From NCBI RefSeq assembly GCF_006345805.1, contig NC_043021.1, positions 23,002,001 to 23,066,000 of the forward strand: DNA of 64,000 nucleotides, written 5' to 3'. The notes beneath the pieces are model-generated. The model searched no databases, was not told the DNA's origin, and saw nothing but the letters and a program-made list of their open reading frames with translations. Source of the stretch: Octopus sinensis. Taxonomy: Eukaryota. Shown piece by piece: positions 1 through 13,300 of the stretch; within the stretch, counting starts at the first letter, position 1; each line of letters begins with the position of its first letter. The position numbers and the translations under genes are program-made.

Positions 1-469
1 GTAATCATATATTATTCGTTGTATATATTTTGCACTCTACACCATAAATAATGTATATGTATTTACATATATGTTTGTGTATGTACCTATGAGATTATGT
101 ATGTATGTATACGAGTATGTATACACATGTACATACCGATGTGGACTCGACATGTAAAAACATACACAAACCCACACAGAGACACACGCATACAAATACA
201 TACGTATTTGTGTATGCGTTAATATGTATATACATGCATTCATATATATATATACATATATGTGTGTGTGTATAAGTATATATAAGTATACGCATATCAT
301 ACATACATATATACATATATATGTATAATATTTATATATATGTGTGTGTATGTTGATATGTATATACACACTCAAACACATAGACACACACACAAAGACA
401 CACACACGCACATATATGTTTATAGATATAGATATTCGAAGGATGGCAACACACTTCATTATTGAGATC

Positions 470-620
470 TATATCCGCTCCCGAACTGGGCTACACGGTT
501 CCAAATATCCCACACATCACATCTGAAGTGAGGGCCATATACTGCCAGAGGCTGGAATTCAGGAGCTCACAACTATTTTACGCCTTGCCAAAACATCTTG
601 AGGGCTCTTCATGGAGTAAG
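470..620 (+). mobile_element. Degenerate CR1/L2-group LINE ORF2 C-terminal remnant
   Basis: Translates TVPNIPHITSEVRAIYCQRLEFRSSQLFYALPKHL, resembling the C-terminal motif (R..Y.NSL.FRGPQLFN.LPK.LR) of CR1/L2-group ORF2 proteins. Confidence 0.5.
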
Positions 621-1257
621 GGTAGATTTATTTTAGGAACAAATTCACCCCTTGCACGTGCTTTTATTTGAGTTTATAGCTCATTAGGTGTATAAGGGAC
701 TAGGACAGTGTACTCAACTGTAACTGTTTGTCTGGGCGTTGGTTTACCTGGTAACGTATATAGGCGTATGTTTGGTAACTGTGATTAAAAACATCCATAT
801 TCAAAATCGCATGTGATATTTCAATTGCCAAATTCTCAGCAGAATACGTCGCTCTGCACCTTTAAATACCAGTGGAATACAAGATCAGTTACTTTACGAA
901 CCAGCTCACTGCCAGCGTCTGCTAGGGCAACGATGCGTAAATATCTACTTCAACTATAACCCTGTTTCACGAATATTTTTCACGCGTAGTAATATATGCA
1001 CAGTATTGACCACTAATATAAGGGACACAGACACGAAAAGCTATATGAAGCGAAGCCGAAGCATCCACACAACGTCATTTGTTCTACGAAAACCTCGTTG
1101 GCAAATAAATGCAAGGATGGTCGTGCGTTTAAAATGTTTGCTTGCAAGCAACGGTCATTTGTGTTCAGATCCACTTGAGCAAGTATCTGACTGTTTTTTC
1201 TTCTGGGCCGACCACATGAATTTTACTGAATTTTGCAAACAGAAACTGAAAGAATAA

Positions 1258-1800
<543 letters not shown>

Positions 1801-2229
1801 CTATCTTTCTCTTTATCTATCTATCTCTGTTTATATATCTGCCTAATGATCTATCAATTCATCTAGTAATTTATTTATCAGTTTATTCTAGAAATATATA
1901 TTCACCCCCCCACACACACATACACACACACACACACACACACGCACACACACACATACACTCTCATGTCTGTGTATAAATCTCTGTGTGTGTGTACGTA
2001 CGTATGTTTGCATAGATATATGTGTTCAAGTGTATATGTACGTCTCCCAGTCATTTGCTCTGCGCATTTTAATCTGTTATATTTACCCTCGTTGCTCTCC
2101 CATACGTTCATCCCCTCGTCACCACCACTCCCTCTACAACAATCGTATTGCTCCCTTTCTGCCTGGAATCCCTTTATTCTGAAATGTTTCCCTTCCTTCC
2201 CTCTACTTTTCATCCGCCATTCCCTCAGT

Positions 2230-2764
2230 CACACACCCCCACCACCACTACCACCACCGCTTCTACCGCCGCAAAAAAGAACACAGCAGCAGCACCACAA
2301 AAACCACCACCACCACCACCACCACAAACACCAACACCACCGCTTCCACCACCATTACCGCCACCGCTTCCACCACCATTACCGCCACCGCTTCCACCAC
2401 CATCACCGCCACCCTGTCTGTTCCTATTACTACAGCTGCCTGTCTGCCTGTCTGCTCTGCCACTCAGTATTGGATTTTCGCTGCTCAGCTGTCACCGACC
2501 GGCAATCATTGCCTGCAGCAAGATACAGCGGCAGCAGCAGCAACAACAACAACAACTAAAACAACAGAAGCATGAGATCCAGTCACAACAACAAGAACAA
2601 CAACATCAATAAGAAATTCAATCGCAACGAAGACAATAACAGGAATACAAACAACAGCAACAACAACAATAACAATTGCTAAAACAACAACACAAGCGAT
2701 ATCAAATGCGCTCACCACAACAGCAATAACAGCAACACTACCACCGGCAACAACAACAACAACA
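2230..2764. repeat. Trinucleotide low-complexity tract (CCA/CCG/CAA/CAG)
   Basis: Visible repeats, including an 18-bp unit ccgcttccaccaccatta repeated about 3 times. Confidence 0.9.
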
Positions 2765-2950
2765 GTAGAGGCGCAATGGAACAGTGGTTAGGGCAGCGGA
2801 CACGTGGTCGTAAGAGCGCGGTTTCGATTCCAAGACCGGGCATTGAGCTAAACAACCTAAGCACCACGGAACTCCGGCGAGGTGGAGTGAACCACGCTGT
2901 ACTCTTTCACCACAACTTTCTCTCACTCTTTCTTCCTACTTCTGCCACAA
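2765..2950 (+). mobile_element. SINE family C (tRNA-derived head), diverged
   Basis: gaggcgcaatgg...gtggttagggcagcgg...gtttcgattcc head plus ctctttcaccacaactttctctcactc body; same family as 9015-9278 and 35190-35500. Confidence 0.85.
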
Positions 2951-3085
2951 AGCAGAGGAACCATGGTGTAACCCACTATGGTGTGGTAAACTTTCAGACC
3001 CTAGTCTAGATTGCAAATTCTCTGTACCCCAGGATGGTTCACCTCACCACCCGTTAAATGGCACCGTTTATGGAATGAGGAATAC

Positions 3086-3137
3086 GCCTACGCATTTCGC
3101 CAGGCGTGGTAACGATTCTGCCAGCTCGCCGCATTAA
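3086..3137 (-). mobile_element. SINE family A head fragment
   Basis: Reverse complement of gcggcgagctggcagaatcgttaccacgcc...gaaatgcgtag. Confidence 0.75.
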
Positions 3138-3161
3138 CAACATTAAATATTAAGGAACATC

Positions 3162-3290
3162 GGTGCAGGCGTAGTTGTGTGATTAAGAAGCTTGCTTCCC
3201 AACCATGTAGTCTTGGGTTCAGTCCCACTGCACTGCATCTAGAGGAAGTGCTTTCTCCTATAACCCTCGGCCGAAGAAAGCTTTGTGAAT
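3162..3290 (+). mobile_element. SINE family B 5' part
   Basis: gcaggcgtagttgtgtg...gggttcagtcccactgc...aagtgctttct head. Confidence 0.75.
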
Positions 3291-3344
3291 TCATTTAATA
3301 GAAGGAAATACAAAAAAAACATCGTACATACATGCTTATATAAA

Positions 3345-3710
3345 CATGGGTTCAGTCCCACTGCGTGGCACCTTGGGCAAGTGTCTTCTGCTATAGCCCC
3401 GGGCCGACCAATGCCTTGTGAGTTGATTTGGTAGACGGAAACTGAAAGAAGCCTGTCGAATATGTATATATATATATATGTGTATGTGTGTGTTTGTGTT
3501 TGCGTGTCTGTGTTTGTCCCCCTAGCATTGCTTGACAACCGATGCTGGTGTGTATATATCTCCGTCACTTAGCGGTTCGGCAAAAGAGACGGATAGAAAA
3601 AGTACTGGGCTTACAAAGAATAAGTCCCGGGGTCGATTTGCTCGATTAAAGGCGGTGCTCCAGCATGGCCGCAGTCAGATGACTGAAACAAGTAAAAGAG
3701 TAAAAGAGTA
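3345..3710 (+). mobile_element. SINE family B with internal (TA)(TG) microsatellite
   Basis: ccttgggcaagtgtcttc...ggaaactgaaagaagcc, then the microsatellite, then the tail cattgcttgacaaccgatgctgg...gactgaaacaagtaaaagag. Confidence 0.92.
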
Positions 3711-3751
3711 TGTGTGTATGTGTAAGTAGTAGTAATAATAATAATAATAGC

Positions 3752-3794
<43 letters not shown>

Positions 3795-4605
3795 ACAGCA
3801 GCAGCAATTCCGTACCTCAGTTTTACACCCAGTGTTGATTTGCTTTCGTCCCCATAACCCAGCGCTTCTGGTGCAAGGAAAGTAATAGCCCTGTGGTCCA
3901 TTAAAACCCTTCAAAGTGGTGCCCCAGCATGGCCCCAGTCCAATGAATCAAACAAGTAGAAGATAAAGGATTAATTATCTGCTAGACTAAATTTCGACGG
4001 AACCCTGTAACTTAAGGGAAGCAGGGGTTTTGAGGCTCCTTAATACTTGTTTGCTTGGCGTGGGGCAGTTTGTTATGGCGCTGGACTTTGTTGTTTCTCC
4101 AGAACAGATGAAACTGCGCGACCGCGTCACGGTTCCGTGGTTGGCTACCCTTAAATTACTGCAATAAAGAGAATACCGTTGGTTGTTGTATAGTCTCAGG
4201 GCAAAAGTGATGTAGCAGACACGTGATCAAAGGAATTCCAACCGTGACAATCCTGTGTTTGTATAAGACAACAGTATCTAATTAGCCCGACACTAATTTT
4301 AAGAGAGTGACACAAAGATTTAAGATACGTACACACACACACACACATACACACACACACATAAATATATATGTATATGTACATATAAACATACACATTT
4401 GTATGTATATATAGAAATATATACATATGTACGTATATATATACTTGCATACGTACTATGCTAATTTAATGAATTCAAATATGCAAGTTGGCTTTTATTA
4501 ATTGAGATCCCGAGATTACAAACACACCTCAACTTACGTTGGCAATTGCTTCTATTATATTGAACGTAACTCGAGAAACGACGTAACACGAAAATACATT
4601 TATCG

Positions 4606-5030
4606 GCAGACGAAATACCTATTTCTTTACTACCCACAAGGGGCTAAATATAGAGAGGGCAAACAAAGGCCGACAAACGGATTAAGTCGAGTAAATCGAC
4701 TCCAGTGCGTAACTGGTACTTAATTTATCGACCCCGATAGGATGAAATGCAAAGTCGACCTCGGCGGAATTTGAACTCAGAACGTAACGTCTGACGAAAT
4801 ACCTATTTCTTTACTACCCACAAGGGGCTAAACATAGAGAGGGCAAACAAGGACAGAGAGACGGATTAAGTCGATTACATAGACCCCAGTGCGTAACTGG
4901 TAGTTAATTTATCGACCTCGAAAGGATGAAAGGCAAAGTCAACCTCGGCGGAATTTGAACTCACAACGTAACGGCAGACGAAATACGGCTACGCATTTCG
5001 CCCGGCGTGGTAACGATTCTGCCAGCTCGC
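4606..5030 (-). mobile_element. SINE family A head-to-tail array (partial + 2 units)
   Basis: Repeated ctatttctttactacccacaagggg...gcagacgaaatac units; the body contains the Meta-domain-like gcctttcatcctttcggggtcgataaattaagtaccag. Confidence 0.93.
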
Positions 5031-5189
5031 CTAGTACCAGTTGAGCACAAGGGTCAATGGAACCGACTTACCACATTCTTTGAAAATGTTGGCCCTGTGC
5101 CGCAATCTAAAAAAAAAAAACAGTATTTATTTCTCATGAATAAAACACTATTTCTCAGAATAGATTATATATATATATATATATATATA

Positions 5190-5419
5190 TATTTCTTTAC
5201 TACCCACAAGGGGCTAAACACAGAGGAGACAAACAAGGACAGACAAACGGATTAAGTCGATTACATCGACCCCAGTGCGTAACTGGTACTTAATTTATCG
5301 ACCCCGGAAGGATGAAAGGCAAAGTCGACCTCGGCGGAATTTGAACTCACAACGTAACGGCAGACGAAATACGGCTACGCATTTCGCCCGGCGTGGTAAC
5401 GATTCTGCCAGCTCGCCTA
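5190..5419 (-). mobile_element. SINE family A full copy
   Basis: Near-consensus copy; part of a local duplication. Confidence 0.93.
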
Positions 5420-5550
5420 GTACCAGTTGAGCACAAGGGTCAATGGAACCGACTTACCACATTCTTTGAAAATGTTGGCCCTGTGCCGCAATCTAAAAAA
5501 AAAAAAACAGTATTTATTTCTCATGAATAAAACACTATTTCTCAGAATAG

Positions 5551-5584
<34 letters not shown>

Positions 5585-5927
5585 GGTGTCTGTAAAGACG
5601 GTCTGATGCATGTATATGTAAATGATTCCTTCAACTTCGAGATTTCCTGCAAAGGTTTGCCGCTAAGGACCATATTTGTTAGTTTTTATTCGAACATTTC
5701 ATGAATATATTTTTTCTTAGAGCAACACATTTTTCTTTTTCACGCCCCAGATTCCTGTATTTATACATATTCATTATGAATATGACAGTCTGTCAGACGG
5801 AATATATAACACCTACTCAATCTTATAGATGTCTATTCTACAGTCATAGTCTGTGCTTCCGCCTCGGTTTCGTATATTCTCTTTACTATCTTGTGTTTTA
5901 ATATGAGCTTCGGAGTTAAGGCGGAGA

Positions 5928-6466
5928 GCTGGTAGGATCGTTACCATATTGGAGAAATTGCTTAACGGTATTACTTCCGAGCTGGCAGAAACGTTAGCAC
6001 GCCGGGCGAAATGCTAAGCGGTATTTCGTCTTCTGCTACGTTCTGAGTTCAAATTCCGCCGAGGTCGACTTTACCTTTCATCCTTTCGGGGTCAACAAAT
6101 TAAGTACCAGTTACGCACTGGGGTCGATGTAATCGTCTTAATCCGTTTGTCTGACCTTGTTTGTCCCCTCAGTGTTTAGCCCCTTGTGGGTAGTAAAGAA
6201 ATAGGTATTACTTCCGATTAAGGCGGCGAGTTGGCAGAAACGTTAGCATGCCGGGCGAAATGCTAAGCGGTATTTCGTCTTCTGCTACGTTCTGAGATCA
6301 AATTCCGCCGAGTTCGACTTTGCCTTTCATCCTTTTGGGGTCGATAAATTAAGTACCAGTTACACACTGGGGTCGATATAATCGGCTCAATCCGTTTGTC
6401 TCTCCTTGTTTGTCCCCTCTATGTTTAGCCCCTTGTGGGTAGTAAATAAATAGGTATTACTTCCGA
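5928..6466 (+). mobile_element. Old SINE A head carrying two younger SINE A insertions
   Basis: Diverged head 5928-5980; copies at 5981-6203 and 6220-6452 are each bounded by the repeat ggtattacttccga. Confidence 0.9.
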
Positions 6467-6734
6467 TTCGTTAGGTACTGACTTCTAGTACAGTTCAGAT
6501 CGAATCCGCGTTTCAGATTCGATAATTTAAAAAGGCGTTGAACACTGGAGTCGACATAATCAACTCTCCAACTCTCCCTAGAATTTCACACACTTCGCCA
6601 ATGATACAAAGACAAAAAGCAAATGACTTTACGACTTGTTTCATTATTAAAAGATAGAAGCACCATACAGCGTAATTTTGTTTCAATTTGCTACGATTTC
6701 TCAATCTTCCTCTCACTCTGTCCCTTGTTTGCTT

Positions 6735-6780
<46 letters not shown>

Positions 6781-6999
6781 TCTCTTCTAGCCTTAGAAAT
6801 TTACTGCGTATCTGTTCTTCAATCATTGGTCAATTTACTCTGCCCTTGCCATCTTTCGATTTATTAGGATTATACTTGTAACTCAGTAGTATTCAATGTC
6901 ACATTGTTCATTGCCAACATTTTGGACATCATTCCGAATCATAAAAGTATTCATACACAAAAGTACATACAGATGTGCACATGCGCACACTCGCGTAAA

Positions 7000-7335
7000 C
7001 ACGCACAGACACATATATAGATAATACATACATACATATGTATGTGCGGGTATGTGTGTGTATGTATTGTATGCATTGTATAGATATGTCTATATACATG
7101 TATACATATGTACATGTATGTATATGTGTATATTTCCACGCACACACACACTGATACATATACACGCATACATAAGATTTCTACAGTCAAATACACATAT
7201 AGATAGATAGATAGAGAGAGAGAGAGAAGGAAAGATAGACACAGATATAGAAAGTAAGAGAGAAAGAAAGAAATGTAGACAGATAGATAGATGGATGGAT
7301 GTATAAATAGGTGGATGGATGGATAAATAGATAAG

Positions 7336-7387
<52 letters not shown>

Positions 7388-7432
7388 GATATAGAAAGAA
7401 AGAAAGAACGAAAGAAAGAAAGAAAGAAAAAC

Positions 7433-7496
<64 letters not shown>

Positions 7497-7522
7497 AAAA
7501 TAGAAAGATGGATAGATGGATT

Positions 7523-7564
<42 letters not shown>

Positions 7565-7625
7565 GATATAGAAAGAAAGAAAGAAATAAAGAAGGAAAGA
7601 AAGAAAGAAATAAAGAAAGAAAGGC

Positions 7626-7681
<56 letters not shown>

Positions 7682-7699
7682 CGCACAGACGTATATGCG

Positions 7700-7748
<49 letters not shown>
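7000..7748. repeat. Compound (GATA)n/(GAAA)n/(GA)n microsatellite
   Basis: Visible repeats; source of the spurious YLSI ORFs. Confidence 0.95.
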
Positions 7749-7749
<1 letters not shown>

Positions 7750-8117
7750 TGTGTAACTGTATGCATGCCCAAACACAGAACCAACAGTCGTTTATGCAGA
7801 AACCATACATATGCCCTTTATCTCAATTTCATTCTATCCGAACTGGCACTGGACATGACTAATATATTTTCTTATGTAGGCCCTAAACCCCATCCTATAC
7901 TTGCAATAACTTATTGTAACCCTTGACCTTTTGCAACAAATTTAGGATTCATCAACCATGCCTTGTTCTTAGCAACATCGCATTAATCTCATTTGCATTT
8001 CATTATAGTTGCTGCTATTTATCCTCTCCCCACCACTCCCTCTCTCTCTCACTCTCTCTCTCGCTCTCTACAAATGTATCCGTTATTTTATCTATCTATC
8101 TATCCATGTATCTGTCT

Positions 8118-8174
<57 letters not shown>

Positions 8175-8364
8175 GTATGTTTGTATGCATGTATATATAC
8201 ATGTCTGTCTGCATGCATATATACATATATACACATAGAAAGAGAGGGGACATACACATGTACGTATATATGCATATATATATGTATATATATATATATA
8301 TAGATAGATAGATATACATATATATATACATATACATATATAGATATAGATATATATACATATA

Positions 8365-8414
<50 letters not shown>

Positions 8415-9014
8415 CTATATATATATGCATACATATATATATGTGTGTGTCTGTGTGTGTATATGCATACACACACACATAAACACACGCATGTATGTGT
8501 GAGTGCGTGTTTGTATGTCTGTTTCTTTCTCTTCCTATTTTCACACACAGAATCACAATCCTTGCGACAAATTATGTCTCCAATGAAACATTCGCACATC
8601 CACACACATACACGTACACACACACACGCATACACACACGCACTCACACGCACACACTCAGTTCCTCATACGCGTACACCGCTACATATTGAGGATAAAA
8701 ACCATCCCAACAAAACCATACAGCTTCCGATTCTCCTTCTTCCTGTTCGTCTTCATCATTTCTTCCCATCCCATCTGCATTGTTATTTTTCCCCTGGGAT
8801 CTAATAATTACATTCCACCAACAAACAATATGGCAGCTGTGATTGTGTGGTTACAGATGGTAATTGCAACGAGCTCGTCCAAATCCAAACACCACGCTAA
8901 TCCTTGGGCAAGTTCCTTCTACCATAATCTTGATTTGTCCACAAAATTGCCTACGAAAATTGGTACATGAGTTCTTGTTACTCTGACCAGCATGCAGATA
9001 CAAACGCATATATA

Positions 9015-9276
9015 TGATGACCGTGACCGACCAGGCCATCAGATGTTGTCACACATCGCTGGTCACAATGCGCTTCGCATTGTTTAAGCCTTCAAATGAC
9101 GGCACCCCAACAGAAGAAAGAGTGAGAGAAAGTTGTGGCGAAAGAGTACAACAGGGATCGCGACCACCCCCTGCCGGAGCCTCGTGGAGCTTTAGGTGTT
9201 TTCGCCCGGTCTGGGAATCGAAACCGCGATCCTACGACCGCGAGTCCGCTGCCCTAACCACTAGGCCATTGCGCCT

Positions 9277-9278
<2 letters not shown>
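9015..9278 (-). mobile_element. SINE family C full-length
   Basis: Minus strand ggaggcgcaatggcctagtggttagggcagcggactcgcggtcgtaggatcgcggtttcgattccc (A and B boxes); tail gaaggcttaaacaatgcgaagcgcattgtgaccagcgatgtg. Confidence 0.92.
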
Positions 9279-9313
<35 letters not shown>

Positions 9314-10038
9314 TACATACACACACACACACATAGAAAAAGAAAGATAGATAGAGTGCGAATGAGAAGGTGAGAATAATATAGAGAAGACTTGAAGAAG
9401 ATTTTGTATTTCTGTTGCGAATGGTTTAAAGAGAATTCGTGGATCACTCCAGATATTGTTATGCACTGGAAAATAAATTGCAATCTCGCCTCCCTTTTTC
9501 ACTCTCTCTTGCCACGATTTATATATATATTATATTATATTATATATATATATTAATATATATATATATATATGTATGATATTTATGTATGTATATATGC
9601 ATATATATTTGTGGTGAAATATATGCACATACATACTTTTATGTATGTTGTATGTATATGCAAGTCTATTATTATCATTGTCTGTCAACTTGTACTAATT
9701 AACTAAAAATAATATCTGTGATCAATCAGCTGGTTTATTTCATTTGACTGATTTCGTCGATGCTTACCACAAACCGATGATCTACCTTCACCGGTTTTCT
9801 TACGTTATTCTCGCTTTTTCTCCTTTTCTCTTTTTCGTTCTCCAACATTAGCTCTCAGAGCGAAAGAGAGGGAGTTAAAGATAGGTACATCAGATATATA
9901 TATATATATATAACTTTATGCAAGAGTGAATTGAGGGATATATGTTTGTTTTAAATGGTTATATTCACTCTTCCGTAATTCAATTCAAATAATTATCACA
10001 TAATATCTACATTATATATACGTGTGTGTGTGCGTGTT

Positions 10039-10081
<43 letters not shown>

Positions 10082-10661
10082 GTGTGTTTGTATGTTGTAT
10101 AGATCATACATACATCTCTCAATATTGCAAAGATATGTATTTTAAATTATATCAACTAAAAATTATTCTACAATTAACGTATATCTTCGGTAATTCCAAA
10201 ATATTCAACATATATATAGATATATATATACGTATATACACGCGTGTACACTTGCCCTAAAACACTGACACGCATATACAGATACACTTAGACACACACC
10301 GACACACACATTTCTATTTATATTTCTATCTTTAGTGACAATGTGTTCTATAAATATTAGAATTTCTGAAATTTTCCATAGAAAAAATTCTCTCAAAATA
10401 TGACGCAAAACAAATTTATGTAAAGAATTTTATAACAAAGAATTTAATATTCTTACTTTCCTAGATATCTTCGAGATAATTATGTCATTAAGCTTGTACA
10501 CACAGATCCAATTGCTGAAATCTTATAATCAAAATGGCAGAAGTGCGAACATAACGCTAATAGTGCAGTCAAAGTTATTATTTAGAGTAACTCTCCTCTG
10601 TTTTAGAGCATTGACAATAAAAGTTATGAAGCATAACTCACCGCATAATACTGATAAATAA

Positions 10662-10671
10662 AAGCAGCAGC

Positions 10672-10742
<71 letters not shown>

Positions 10743-10845
10743 CAGCAGCAGCCACAGTAGTAGTAGCAGCAGCAGCAGAAGCAGAAGCAGTAGTATTAGT
10801 AGTAGCAGCAGTAGTAGTAGCAGTAATAGTATTTGTTGTAGTAAC
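10662..10845. repeat. (GTA)n/(GCA)n trinucleotide tract
   Basis: Visible repeats. Confidence 0.95.
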
Positions 10846-10849
10846 AGCG

Positions 10850-11560
10850 TCTTGATTAAGGCTGATGAACGGAGACCTTAGGAAAAAAAATACGGATAGA
10901 GTCATAATGAATTCTCAAGGGAAGTCATCGGTGTGGAGGAATGGCATCATGCTACAAATCGACAGAACTGCAAAATGTAGAGTATGTAATGAGAAAGTGG
11001 AAACCGGTATGCACAGAAGGATTATTGACGCAGACATCACTGTGTGGTCATAGCACTAAACTGAGATGTATTACGACAAAAAGGATCTGAAGTAGTGAGA
11101 AAATGGTATCGTGGTATCAACATATGCCCCAAAGTGTAACAGAGAACAACTTGTATATGATCAAATGAAACTTTTAATACGCAGACTGATCCAGAATTTC
11201 ATGCAAAGGGACCAGATATTATCGTCCTGCACAAGGGGCCAAATGAATGCATCATCATGGATGTGACAATGTCTGCGGACGTGAATGTAGCAATAAAAGA
11301 AAATGAGAAAACGTGAAATACCAGAATGTGGCTAGGGAAATACAAATGATGGAGGGTTTCTTCATAAGTAACCCCAGTTGTTCTTGGTGTCCTTGGTACC
11401 GTGACAATCAGATTTGGCAGTTCCCTTATTATGATTGGTGTATCTATGAGAGTCGCATTAATTCGGAAATGTAATCTATTGAGAAGAGTAAGGATTCTAA
11501 GAAATGTCCTTGATCAAAGGAAACTGGTTGTGAACCCGTATTAAAGGCACTGATTACAAA
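10850..11560 (+). pseudogene. Dong/R4-clade non-LTR retrotransposon 3' fragment (zinc knuckle + restriction-like endonuclease), disabled
   Basis: CRVCNEKVET knuckle start, then HMPQSVTENN, KGPDIIVLHKGPNECIIMDVT (PD..D), KENEK/KYQNVAREIQ and VTPVVLGVLGTV across stops and frameshifts. Confidence 0.88.
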
Positions 11561-11619
11561 TGTAATACATATTAGTAATACCTTCTAATATGTGGCACAA
11601 GACTTGGAATTTGGGGTAA

Positions 11620-11980
11620 GGTCTAGTCAATTATATTGATCACTTTGTTTAACTGATACTTATTTCGGCAACTGAGAAATAATGAAAGACAAAAGAGACT
11701 TCAGCGCCGTTTGAACGCAAAGACGGACGAAATGGTGTTGCTCATCAGATCCGGCATGCTAAACTTATAATAATATTTTTGAATTCTGGTACAATGCAAG
11801 CACGTTAGGGGTTGGAAATATATACGATTACATCCCCACCAGTGCTCAACTGATATCGACCCCGAAAGGATAAAAGGCAAAATCGACATCGGCGGAATGT
11901 GAGGATGGAACGTATGAGACGGACGAAATTCCGGTGAGTGTTTTGCCAAGCATGTTAACGATTCTGTCATCACGCCATCT
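11620..11980 (-). mobile_element. Two degenerate SINE A copies
   Basis: gatatcgaccccgaaaggataaaaggcaaaatcgacatcggcgg and a more decayed copy upstream. Confidence 0.7.
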
Positions 11981-11989
11981 GCCATCTTG

Positions 11990-12112
11990 AAAGAAGAAGA
12001 AGAAGAGAAGAAGAAGAAGAAGAAGAAGAAGAAGAAGAAGAAGAAGAAGAAGAAGAAGAAGAAGAAGAAGAAGAAGAAGAAAAAGAAGAAGAAGAAGAAG
12101 AAGAAGAAGAAG
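11990..12112. repeat. (GAA)n tract
   Basis: About 40 units visible. Confidence 0.97.
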
Positions 12113-12414
12113 GCAGATGGTGATGATGATACCGTAATTTGAAACTATTAAATTTAAAGTATTAGAAAGAAAGGATAATATTATGTCCAGATGTGATTTT
12201 TATCTGCAACAAGATGCTAAAGTGGCCGATGAAATATTTTGAAAATTCACTCATGGAATTAATTAGCACCTGAACGGCTGCTTCCAATTTCGTAATTCGA
12301 AAAGGTTTTACTTACTGCTGTTTCAGGTTGTCGAATTACTTGGAATTGCAACTTAAAGGTGAGGGAATCGTTTATAAGTTCATACGCTGGAAAATCATTA
12401 TCAAAATGTGAACA

Positions 12415-12515
12415 GGCGTAGTTATGTGGTAGGAAGTTTGCTTTCCCACAAAATGCTTCCGGGTTCAGTCCCACAGCATGGCAGCTTCGACAAGTGTCTT
12501 CTACTATACCCCACC
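12415..12515 (+). mobile_element. SINE B head fragment
   Basis: caggcgtagttatgtggtagg...gggttcagtcccac...caagtgtcttctactata. Confidence 0.7.
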
Positions 12516-12621
12516 CCAATTATTTCACCAGTCACCATAATTAGACTGTAGCCGGCATAATATCACAAGAGCTTTAGTTGCATATTCAAACGGTTACCTA
12601 AACAAATTTAATATATATATC

Positions 12622-12657
<36 letters not shown>

Positions 12658-12658
12658 A

Positions 12659-12992
12659 TCTCTATATATAACGGCAGTTTTGTCTGTGCGTGTTTCTGGG
12701 TTGTCTGTTTGCTTGTACCCCACCCTGACCACAGCTTTCAATTCGATTCTGATGAACTTGACACACAAATAGCCCAATGTCATAATTCAAAACTAACGCA
12801 GCGAAAATTTTGAAAGTTCCCCAGTTCTGAAAAAAATCGATAAATTCGACATGGGGTCGAGAATCATAACACAAACCGATAATTTACCATCATTTTTTTC
12901 CCATTTTTTTCTATTTTTCGGCTAATAACTCTCTAAAAATGCTTTATAGTTATTTCCCTTACAAACCTGAGCAACGCCGGCGATACTGCTAG
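12659..12992 (+). mobile_element. Complete non-autonomous Helitron (about 334 bp)
   Basis: Starts TC(tctatatataac) after an A and ends ...cctgagcaacgccggcgatactgCTAG before a T; GC-rich subterminal gcaacgc motif; inserted in (TA)n. Confidence 0.78.
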
Positions 12993-13014
12993 TATATATA
13001 TATATATATATATA

Positions 13015-13183
13015 TGGGGCGGGGGTAAGTAGCTTGCTTACGAACCCTATGTTTCTGGGTTCAGTCCCACTGCGTGGCGCCTTGGGCAAGTGTCTTCTAA
13101 TATAGCCTGGGGGCGACCAAAGCCTTGTGAGTGGATTTGGTAGACTGAAACTGAAAAAAGCCCGTCGTATATATGTATATGTG

Positions 13184-13216
<33 letters not shown>

Positions 13217-13300
13217 ATGTCTGTGTGTCTGTGTTTGTCCCCCAATATCGCTAGTCAACCGATGTTGGTTTGTTTACGTCCCCGCAACTTAGCCGATTCT
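13015..13300 (+). mobile_element. SINE B, 3'-truncated
   Basis: Head, microsatellite and the start of the tail. Confidence 0.85.

Noticed and set aside
2148-2612. Formin-like polyproline/polyglutamine ORF
   Set aside because: It lies in a trinucleotide low-complexity tract with no globular domain or splice support.
6951-7810. Overlapping 200-277 aa ORFs
   Set aside because: They are (TCTA)n/(TTTC)n repeats that lack stops in all frames.
9200-9278. tRNA-like sequences here and at 2765, 33840 and 35190
   Set aside because: They have A and B boxes but continue into SINE bodies and lack a proper acceptor stem, so they are SINE heads rather than tRNA genes.
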